Positions 1-6,317 of a stretch of DNA of 6,317 nt are shown in pieces. Source of the DNA: Candidatus Iainarchaeum sp. (GTDB lineage Archaea > Iainarchaeota > Iainarchaeia > Iainarchaeales > CSSED10-239); NCBI GenBank assembly GCA_037441475.1, contig JBBISB010000001.1, positions 1-6,317 on the forward strand, read 5' to 3'. Each line of letters opens with the position of its first letter. Position 1 is the first letter of the stretch. The notes under the pieces were generated by a model. That model saw only the letters and a program-made list of their open reading frames with translations. It had not been told where the DNA came from and did no database searches. The position numbers and the translations under genes are program-made.

Positions 1-1
1 A

Positions 2-229
2 AGTGCATCTCAGCTGATGTCAATTTGGGAAGCTTGTCCTCTTCAAGAAAAATCAAATGCCTGTATGAATAGTAGCTTTCAAAATAAAATAACTGGTTGG
101 AGTGATATAGTTGAAGATTTTTATTGGATAAAGACCGAGGCTAGCTCGTCCGTTGCGTATTTATTCTTTATGGGCAATGGTTACATCGGCTACGGCGATA
201 ACTACTCCGTACGTTGTGTTCGCGATTAG
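2..229 (+). CDS. C-terminal fragment of a DUF1566/Lcl-like (FISUMP-like, C-type-lectin-like fold) protein; open at the left window edge
   Basis: The frame of the 17..229 ORF stays open to position 2 (S A S Q L M S I W E A C P ...), so the ATG at 17 is probably internal. The C-terminus YWIKTEASSSVAYLFFMGNGYIGYGDNYSVRCVRD* follows the DUF1566/FISUMP pattern YWSSTE.SSS.A..L.F..G........YSVRCVRD. Tandem TAG TAG stops lie at 227-232. Confidence 0.68.
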   Translation, partial: SASQLMSIWEACPLQEKSNACMNSSFQNKITGWSDIVEDFYWIKTEASSSVAYLFFMGNGYIGYGDNYSVRCVRD

Positions 230-381
230 TAGTTTTTAATAAGAGCTTTTTTTAAAAACATTATCATTTTTTCTTTTTTTTAACCTATATTTTATATACA
301 AAAGATAAAATCGTTTTTTTTTTAAAAAGAAGATAACTATTTATATATTTACTTATAGCTTAAAATATAAAAAAGAAATAA

Positions 382-415
382 TAAAAAAAAAGGTAAAGAG
401 ATTTTACTCTCTTTA
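382..415 (-). terminator. Hairpin plus T-tract terminator immediately downstream of ftsZ
   Basis: The inverted repeat TAAAGAG (394-400) / CTCTTTA (409-415) has an 8-nt loop. On the minus strand it is followed by an uninterrupted T run (poly-A at 383-391 on +). It starts 3 nt past the ftsZ stop codon. Confidence 0.6.
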
Positions 416-418
416 AAC

Positions 419-1540
419 TTATAACATATCTAAACCGTAGTTGTCATCGTAAGATCTTCCACCGTGGCTTGATCCTCCGTAACTTGGTGCTGAATCCCTT
501 CCTCTAAACATCTTACTTCCTTTGATGAATGGAGACTTTACACCTGTGAAAATAGCAATAACTTCTATTTTATTTTCAAATGTAGGATCTATTCTTGCAC
601 CCCAGATAACAGCTGCGTTAGGGTCTGTTTGATCTGTTAACATTTCACCAACAGCGTTTGCTTCACCAAGTGTTAATTCAGTTCCACCTGTTATGTGTAT
701 TAAACATCCTGTTGCACCAGTTATGTCAACATCTAAAAGAGCGTTCTTTAATGTGTCTTCAACAACTTCTTCAACTTTATTTACTGATTGTGATTCACCA
801 ACAGCGATAACTGATAATCCTTTACCACCCATTACTGTTCTGATGTCCGCATAATCAAGGTTGATTAATGAAGGTTGAGTAATTGTTTCTGTAATTCCTC
901 TTACTGTTCTTGCAATTACTTCATCAGCAACTCTGAAAGCATCTTGCATTGGAAGGTTTGGAACTAATTCAACAAGTCTATTGTTGTCAATAACAACAAC
1001 TGTGTCACAAATATCTTTTAAAAGATCAATTCCTTCTTCAGCTTTCATAAGTCTAGCTCTTTCAAGTGCGAAAGGGTAAGTTACAATACAGATAACGATT
1101 GCACCTTGTTGTTTAGCTATTTGAGCTACTACTGGAGCTGCACCTGTTCCTGTTCCACCACCCATACCAGCAGTGATGAAAAGCATGTCAACACCATCTA
1201 ATATTTCTTCTAAAGCTGCTTTAGAAACTTCAGCTGCTTTTGCACCTATTTCTGGGTATGCACCAGCACCTAAACCATTTGTTACTGACTTACCAATTAA
1301 TAATTTTGTTATATCATCTGAAATTATACCTAAGTGTTGTCTATCTGTGTTGATTGCTACTAATTGAGCACCAGCTACACCCATAGCACTTATTCTGTTT
1401 ACAGAGTTATTTCCTGCACCACCAATTCCCATAACCATGATCTTTGGAGCAGCAAATTCACTATCTTTGAAATTTACATTTTCTGCAGCTGAAGATTTAT
1501 GATCTACTGCATTTGTTACTATTGATCTCATCCAATCCAC
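419..1540 (-). CDS. ftsZ: Cell division protein FtsZ, archaeal type (start more likely ATG at 1531 than GTG at 1540)
   Basis: It has the N-terminal Gly-rich motif [21 protein letters not shown], the tubulin/FtsZ signature [19 protein letters not shown], the [36 protein letters not shown] helix and the T7-loop [16 protein letters not shown] Gly/Ser-rich linker leads to a short tail, YGLDML. Confidence 0.97.
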   Translation of the reverse strand: MDWMRSIVTNAVDHKSSAAENVNFKDSEFAAPKIMVMGIGGAGNNSVNRISAMGVAGAQLVAINTDRQHLGIISDDITKLLIGKSVTNGLGAGAYPEIGAKAAEVSKAALEEILDGVDMLFITAGMGGGTGTGAAPVVAQIAKQQGAIVICIVTYPFALERARLMKAEEGIDLLKDICDTVVVIDNNRLVELVPNLPMQDAFRVADEVIARTVRGITETITQPSLINLDYADIRTVMGGKGLSVIAVGESQSVNKVEEVVEDTLKNALLDVDITGATGCLIHITGGTELTLGEANAVGEMLTDQTDPNAAVIWGARIDPTFENKIEVIAIFTGVKSPFIKGSKMFRGRDSAPSYGGSSHGGRSYDDNYGLDML

Positions 1541-1637
1541 CTCATCATTAAAATAAGCTTAAATTAAGCTTCTTTTTCTTAAACAAAGCATTAACACACT
1601 TTTTTGATGGAATTAGTGAATTAATACATTATTTTCA

Positions 1638-1650
1638 TGTTATATATATT
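1638..1650 (-). promoter_or_regulatory. Possible TATA box for ftsZ
   Basis: The minus strand reads ACAATATATATAACATG across this interval. A start site ~25 nt downstream would give a ~90-nt leader. Confidence 0.3.
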
Positions 1651-1662
1651 GTCCAAAGAGTT

Positions 1663-1672
1663 TTTAAATATA
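1663..1672 (+). promoter_or_regulatory. Archaeal TATA box for the SRP RNA
   Basis: TTTAAATATA is centred ~24 nt upstream of the predicted RNA 5' end (~1691) and preceded by a purine-rich BRE-like CCAAAGAG at 1653-1660. Confidence 0.6.
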
Positions 1673-1690
1673 TCGTCACTTTAATTACTT

Positions 1691-1961
1691 GTATAGGCTA
1701 ACTGGGGGGGTTGTAGTCTCCTGTTACCGGAAATCTACATATGCTGGAGTGATTACTATTGGAAGGGAAATAAGCAAGGAAGCACTCTTTGTAAAATTGC
1801 TGACGGTTCGTCCAGTGAGATCGATTATCTTAGTAAACCCTGCAAGGTCCGGAAGGAAGCAGCAGTATCCTAAGTATTTGATGCTTATTGGGTTGCGGAC
1901 TTGAGATTTTATGAAGCTAAATGTTTTCTTAAACTGTTTTTCGACCAGTAGGTGCCTATGC
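1691..1961 (+). ncRNA. ffs: Archaeal-type 7S SRP RNA (Alu domain plus S domain)
   Basis: The S-domain helix 8 hallmark AAGGTCCGGAAGGAAGCAGC lies at 1844-1863. The Alu-domain segment GGCTAACTGGGGGGGTTGTAGTCTCCTGTTACCGGAAATCTACATATGCTGG resembles archaeal 7S RNA, with TGTAG (1712-1716) pairing CTACA (1735-1739). Terminal helix 1 pairs 1691-1698 GTATAGGC with 1954-1961 GCCTATGC (7 Watson-Crick plus one G-U), and ACTGG 1701-1705 pairs CCAGT 1945-1949. The RNA stands out as GC-rich against AT-rich flanks. Confidence 0.93.
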
Positions 1962-1966
1962 ATTTA

Positions 1967-1983
1967 AACTTTTTTTAATTTTT
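1967..1983 (+). terminator. T-tract terminator downstream of the SRP RNA
   Basis: The sequence aacttttttttaattttt (T-rich runs) lies just 3' of helix 1. Archaeal RNA polymerase terminates at oligo-T tracts. Confidence 0.45.
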
Positions 1984-2421
1984 AAACTAATATTTAAATT
2001 TTTTCCTTATTTTTAAGATATTAATACATAAAAATAGTTAACTTTTATGTTTTAATTGTTTTGGAGTGTATTTTAAGCTTATTTTCTATTTTTATCTGTA
2101 TTATGTTCTTAATTTCCCTACTTTAAGTTTACTTTTCAGTTCTTTTTAAGCTTTTTTTATGTCTTTAGTGTATTTACAGTATTTAAACAATTACTTTTAT
2201 ATTTCTTTTTTAAGGCTATTAATTTTTTTAATCTTCTTAAGTATGGTCTTTTCTTATCTCCTAAAGGATGATTTATCTTAATTATTAAGGTTAAGTCTTT
2301 TAAATAAGGGTTACTATGTTTGTTGGACAAAGATTCTTCTCAGCCAACTACTTTAAAACAGTTTATAAACTTTTTCTCTCTTAATTATATTACTATTTTT
2401 ATATGATTTAAAAATCATTTA

Positions 2422-2431
2422 TTTACATATA
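2422..2431 (+). promoter_or_regulatory. TATA-like box for uvrA
   Basis: TTTACATATA is centred ~24 nt upstream of the ATG at 2451. No Shine-Dalgarno-like sequence precedes the ATG (acaaaaagattaatcATG). Confidence 0.45.
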
Positions 2432-2450
2432 CTTTACAAAAAGATTAATC

Positions 2451-5273
2451 ATGGCATTAAAAGACATAGTTATTAAGGGCGCAAGAGAGCACAATCTAAA
2501 AAACATAGATATCAATATACCAAAAGATAAATTAGTTGTAATTACTGGTCTTTCAGGTTCAGGAAAATCAACTTTAGCTTTTGATACAATCTATGCAGAA
2601 GGGCAAAGAAGGTATGTTGAATCACTTTCAGCATATGCAAGACAATTTCTAGGAATGATGAAAAAACCAGATGTTGACTCAATAGATGGTTTATCCCCAG
2701 CAATCTCAATTGAACAAAAAACAACTTCTAAAAACCCAAGATCAACTGTTGGAACTGTTACTGAAGTTTATGATTACTTAAGATTATTATATGCAAGAGT
2801 AGGAACTCCTTTCTGTCCTGATCATCCTTTACAAAAAATAGAAAATCAATCTCCTCAAAAGTTAACAGAAAACATTTTAGCTTCCTTTAAAGGAGAAGTA
2901 ATTATTTTATCTCCTATAATAAGACAAAAAAAAGGAACTTATGAAAGAACCTTTGAAGAGTTAAACAAAGAAGGATACACTAAAGTAAGAGTTAATGGAG
3001 AAATAAAAAGAACTGATCAAACCATAACCTTAGATAGATATAAAAAACATGATATTGAAATTGTAATTGATAAAGTTTCTTTAGAAGATAAAGAAAAATC
3101 AAGACTTACAGAAGCTGTTACAAATGCTTTAAAAAAATCACCTGATGGTTTAGTTAAAATATTTTCAGAAAAAGAAAATAGAGAACAAATTTATTCTTCA
3201 AAAATGTCATGTCCAATATGTGGTCTTTCCTTTGAAGAACTAGAACCAAGAATGTTTTCTTTCAATGCTCCTTTTGGTGCATGTGAAGAGTGTTCTGGTC
3301 TTGGTATAAAGATGATATTTGATGCTGACTTAATAATTCCAGACAAAAATTTATCTATAGCAGATGGTGCAATTGCAGTCTATAGAAATGCAGTTGATGG
3401 TTGGCGTGGGCAACATCTCTTAACCATAGCAAAAAGATATGGTTTTACTCCTCTAACACCAATTAAGGACTTAACAAAGAAACAATACAACATCTTAATG
3501 TATGGTTCTGAAAACCCAATTGACTTTAGTCTTTCTGGAAAGAACGGAACTTCAAACTTTTCATATACCGGTGTATGGGAAGGACTTATCCCACAAACAG
3601 AGAGGCTTTACCATCAAACAGAATCTGATTATAGAAAACAAGAGATGGAAAAATATATGAAGACTTTACCATGTACTAAATGTCATGGAAAAAGATTAAA
3701 AAGAAAAGTCTTAGCTGTAAAGGTATCAGGAAAATCAATTATTGATATTACAGACTTGTCTGTTAAAAATTCAATTGATTTTTTTAAAAATCTAAAATTA
3801 AATAAAAAGCAAGAAGAGATTGCAAAACATATATTAAAAGAAATAAACTCTCGTTTAGAGTTTTTAGAAAAAGTAGGTTTAGGGTATTTAACACTTTCAA
3901 GAAGTGCAGGAACTCTTTCAGGTGGAGAAGCACAAAGGATAAGGCTTGCAACAAATCTAGGAACTAACTTAAGTGGAGTGCTTTATATCTTGGACGAACC
4001 ATCCATTGGCCTTCACCAAAGAGATAATGATAAATTAATTGAAACTCTCTTTAAGTTAAGAGACTTAGGAAACACAGTCATTGTTGTTGAGCATGATGAA
4101 GAAACTATTTTAAAGGCAGACTATGTTATTGATATTGGTCCTGGTGCTGGTATTCATGGTGGTTCAATTGTTTCAAAAGGAACACCAAAAGACATCTTAA
4201 AAGATAAAAACTCATTAACAGGTAAATATCTTTCAAAACAACTTAGTATAGATATTAAAAAAGAAGTTAGAAAACCAAAAGAGTTTATTGAAATTATTGG
4301 TGCACAAGAGAATAATCTTAAAGATGTTTCAGTAAAAATACCAATAGGCCTTCTAACTTCTGTTACTGGTGTATCAGGTTCTGGAAAATCAACTTTAATT
4401 TATGATATTTTATATAAACAATTAATGAATGATATTTATAATTCAAAAGAAACACCTGGAAAGCATAAAGAGATTATCTATAAAGAAAAAATAGATAAAG
4501 TAATATCTATTGATCAATCCCCTATTGGAAGAACCCCTAGATCAAACCCTGCAACATACACTAAAGTGTTTGATGATATTAGACTGTTGTTTGCACAGAC
4601 CCAAGAGGCAAAGATAAGAGGTTATGATCAAGGAAGATTTTCTTTTAATGTTAAAGGTGGAAGATGTGAGGCATGTTCAGGAGATGGGCAAATAAAAATA
4701 GAAATGAACTTTTTACCTGACGTCTATGTTGATTGTGAAGAGTGTAAGGGTAAAAGATATAACCATGAAACCTTAGAGGTAAAGTATAAAAACAAATCAA
4801 TTGCAGATGTTTTAGACATGTCAGTTGAAGAAGCATATACTTTCTTTGAAAATATACCTTCTCTTAAAAGAAAATTAAAAACATTAATTGATGTTGGCTT
4901 AACATACATCAAGCTTGGTCAAAGCTCTGTTACTCTTTCAGGTGGAGAAGCTCAAAGAATAAAGATTACAAAAGAATTATCAAAAAGAGATACTGGTAAG
5001 ACACTTTATTTGTTAGATGAGCCTACCACTGGTCTTCACTTTCATGATGTTAAAAAACTTATTGAGGTCTTAGATAAGCTTGTTATTAAAGGAAACACTG
5101 TTTTAGTAATTGAACATAATTTAGATGTTATAAAAACCTCTGACTGGATAATAGACTTAGGGCCTGAGGGTGGGGATGAAGGAGGAGAGGTTATTTTTGA
5201 AGGTCCTGTAAAAGATCTTTTAAAGGAGAAGAGAAGCTATACTGGTATGTATCTTAAACCTATCTTTTCTTAA
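2451..5273 (+). CDS. uvrA: Excinuclease ABC subunit A (UvrA), 940 aa
   Basis: The protein has two ABC ATPase modules: Walker A GLSGSGKSTLAFDT and GVSGSGKSTLIYD, signature motifs TLSGGEAQRIRLA and TLSGGEAQRIKI, and Walker B LYILDEPSIGLH and LYLLDEPTTGLH. It also has zinc-binding modules CPIC...CEEC and CEAC...CEEC, and the UvrA-specific SPIGRTPRSNPATYTKVFDDIRLLFA and GRFSFNVKGGRCEACSGDG. Confidence 0.99.
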   Translation: MALKDIVIKGAREHNLKNIDINIPKDKLVVITGLSGSGKSTLAFDTIYAEGQRRYVESLSAYARQFLGMMKKPDVDSIDGLSPAISIEQKTTSKNPRSTVGTVTEVYDYLRLLYARVGTPFCPDHPLQKIENQSPQKLTENILASFKGEVIILSPIIRQKKGTYERTFEELNKEGYTKVRVNGEIKRTDQTITLDRYKKHDIEIVIDKVSLEDKEKSRLTEAVTNALKKSPDGLVKIFSEKENREQIYSSKMSCPICGLSFEELEPRMFSFNAPFGACEECSGLGIKMIFDADLIIPDKNLSIADGAIAVYRNAVDGWRGQHLLTIAKRYGFTPLTPIKDLTKKQYNILMYGSENPIDFSLSGKNGTSNFSYTGVWEGLIPQTERLYHQTESDYRKQEMEKYMKTLPCTKCHGKRLKRKVLAVKVSGKSIIDITDLSVKNSIDFFKNLKLNKKQEEIAKHILKEINSRLEFLEKVGLGYLTLSRSAGTLSGGEAQRIRLATNLGTNLSGVLYILDEPSIGLHQRDNDKLIETLFKLRDLGNTVIVVEHDEETILKADYVIDIGPGAGIHGGSIVSKGTPKDILKDKNSLTGKYLSKQLSIDIKKEVRKPKEFIEIIGAQENNLKDVSVKIPIGLLTSVTGVSGSGKSTLIYDILYKQLMNDIYNSKETPGKHKEIIYKEKIDKVISIDQSPIGRTPRSNPATYTKVFDDIRLLFAQTQEAKIRGYDQGRFSFNVKGGRCEACSGDGQIKIEMNFLPDVYVDCEECKGKRYNHETLEVKYKNKSIADVLDMSVEEAYTFFENIPSLKRKLKTLIDVGLTYIKLGQSSVTLSGGEAQRIKITKELSKRDTGKTLYLLDEPTTGLHFHDVKKLIEVLDKLVIKGNTVLVIEHNLDVIKTSDWIIDLGPEGGDEGGEVIFEGPVKDLLKEKRSYTGMYLKPIFS

Positions 5274-5290
5274 TTTTCTTTTTAAAAAAA
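5274..5290 (+). terminator. T-tract terminator after uvrA
   Basis: TTTTCTTTTTAAAAAAA follows the uvrA stop codon directly. Confidence 0.35.
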
Positions 5291-5291
5291 T

Positions 5292-5330
5292 AACCATTAA
5301 ATTTTGAAAGAGAAACATTAAATTTTTAAA
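5292..5330 (+). repeat. Imperfect direct repeat, two 18-bp copies with 21-bp period
   Basis: AACCATTAAATTTTGAAA (5292-5309) and AAACATTAAATTTTTAAA (5313-5330) match at 16/18 positions, sharing an exact 11-mer CATTAAATTTT. Confidence 0.7.
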
Positions 5331-5346
5331 TACCTATTTCAATATA

Positions 5347-5356
5347 TTATATATAA
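5347..5356 (+). promoter_or_regulatory. TATA-like box for the ORF at 5376
   Basis: TTATATATAA is centred ~25 nt upstream of the ATG at 5376. Confidence 0.5.
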
Positions 5357-5375
5357 TATGTAATTTGAATAAATT

Positions 5376-6317
5376 ATGCATTTTAAAGATTCCATAACTT
5401 TCATTAAATCTTTTTTAAAAGAACCAAATAAAATATTAACAGCAGCAGCTATTTCTGGCTCAATTTTAGTAGGATCTCAAAAAGTATCCTCTCAATCTTT
5501 GCAGTTTATAAAACCAATTGAACTTAACCCTACAATCTATAGAGAAGGACATGTTTTTTCATCAAAGACATATGGTTTTGAAGCTGATTCTTCTACAACT
5601 AAGTTTTTAGAACAAGCCTTTGAATATAGGTATGGTCAAAAGTTTAAAAAAGAAAACCAATATAATTTTGCAGTTGAGGTTGGAAAAAATAATCTTTATA
5701 TAAACGGAAAGCTAGTTCCTGATTTAACTTTTGCAAGAATATACTCAACCCTCTATTTATCAGATGTTTTAAAAACACCTTTAGATGTTCGTTTAGGATA
5801 CTCTAAAGAGATTTCAAACTTTACTTTAAAGGATGTTAAACTTTTAGATAAAACCTCTTTTCAAGCATCTGTTTCTGGAGATAAATTAGGTTCAGGAGTT
5901 TCCTTAAAAATAGATAAAGGAAAATTAATAGGGTATGATGGAATTGTGGATGTTAAGTTTGATAAAGGAAGTTACTCTTCAGGCCTAAGGCTTGCTGGAG
6001 ATGTAAAGGGTTCTAAATTTCTATCAATACAAGGGCATGTCCAAATTAAAGAAGGTAAAGTATTGTTTATGCCAATGGATCAATTTGGTATGGAGTATAC
6101 AAGAGATGGAAAAAGAATTCCATTTTTAAATTATGCTTTATACTATGTTCCTAACAATAAAGTAGAAATCTTTATTCATAAAAATGTTTCAAATAATAAT
6201 AAAAGCGGTTTATATCTTGAACTTAACTATATTTTAGGAAAGAGTAATAAAAAGAAAGCTTTAGATCCTAAAGTAAAAGAAATTAAACTTTTATCAGAAA
6301 AAACAAAAGAAGAAAAG
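5376..6317 (+). CDS. Hypothetical, probably membrane-associated or exported beta-rich protein; truncated at the right window edge
   Basis: 314 uninterrupted codons run from the ATG at 5376 to the last base. The protein begins MHFKDSITFIKSFLKEPNKILTAAAISGSILVGSQKVSSQSLQFIKPIELNPTIYREG. It has a short hydrophobic N-terminal segment (ILTAAAISGSILVG), then alternating polar/hydrophobic stretches such as GVSLKIDKGKLIGYDGIVDVKFDKGSYSSGLRLAGDVKG. It is missing from the supplied ORF track, presumably because it has no stop inside the window. Confidence 0.85.
   Translation, partial: MHFKDSITFIKSFLKEPNKILTAAAISGSILVGSQKVSSQSLQFIKPIELNPTIYREGHVFSSKTYGFEADSSTTKFLEQAFEYRYGQKFKKENQYNFAVEVGKNNLYINGKLVPDLTFARIYSTLYLSDVLKTPLDVRLGYSKEISNFTLKDVKLLDKTSFQASVSGDKLGSGVSLKIDKGKLIGYDGIVDVKFDKGSYSSGLRLAGDVKGSKFLSIQGHVQIKEGKVLFMPMDQFGMEYTRDGKRIPFLNYALYYVPNNKVEIFIHKNVSNNNKSGLYLELNYILGKSNKKKALDPKVKEIKLLSEKTKEEK

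Noticed and set aside
230-418. Possible DGR template repeat or small RNA between the left ORF and ftsZ
   Set aside because: Manual reading found no near copy of the 122-226 segment here or elsewhere in the window. The interval is simple A/T-rich sequence.
1173-1367. 64-aa + strand ORF
   Set aside because: It is entirely antisense to highly conserved ftsZ coding sequence, and its composition mirrors that gene. Spurious.
1689-1904. 71-aa + strand ORF
   Set aside because: It coincides with the SRP RNA, whose conserved structure explains the sequence.
1724-1963. 79-aa minus strand ORF
   Set aside because: It is antisense to the SRP RNA. The GC-rich structured RNA lacks AT-rich stop codons by chance.
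2235-2350. Short minus strand open stretch within the intergenic region, reading approximately LSNKHSNPYLKDLTLIIKINHPLGDKKRPYLRRLKN*
   Set aside because: It would need a TTG start just after an in-frame TGA, is under 40 codons and has no recognisable family or ribosome-binding site. It could be a gene remnant, but the evidence is insufficient.
2542-2724. 60-aa minus strand ORF
   Set aside because: It is antisense inside the uvrA N-terminal Walker region with no independent support.
4651-4912. Two overlapping minus strand ORFs (61 and 62 aa)
   Set aside because: Both are antisense to conserved UvrA zinc-module coding sequence.
1-6317. CRISPR array, transposon or defence system
   Set aside because: I saw no regularly spaced repeats, terminal inverted repeats, transposase, reverse transcriptase or Cas-like coding sequence. 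The main genes are housekeeping.

Overview
The window looks like chromosomal DNA from a low-GC archaeon, possibly a DPANN-type lineage (inference only). From left to right it contains: (1) the 3' end of a + strand ORF encoding a DUF1566/Lcl/FISUMP-like C-terminal domain (...YWIKTEASSS...GDNYSVRCVRD*), whose last ~90 nt are clearly GC-richer and dominated by NNC codons, as expected of a diversity-generating retroelement (DGR) variable region; (2) an archaeal-type ftsZ on the minus strand with a hairpin/T-tract terminator; (3) an archaeal-type 7S SRP RNA on the + strand at ~1691-1961, closed by an 8-bp terminal helix; (4) a ~490-nt T-rich intergenic region enriched in TTAAG; (5) a complete uvrA on the + strand; (6) a + strand ORF (5376 to the window end, absent from the supplied ORF track) for a probable exported beta-rich protein of unknown function. 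Other points worth a second look are evenly spaced TATA-like boxes implying leaderless uvrA and orf5376 transcripts, a better ftsZ start at 1531 with a Shine-Dalgarno, an 18-bp imperfect direct repeat with 21-bp period upstream of orf5376, and short palindromes near the ftsZ and uvrA starts. No reverse transcriptase, template repeat, CRISPR array, transposase or tRNA was found. If there is an unusual system here, its most likely trace is the possible DGR target at the left edge, with its machinery outside the window.
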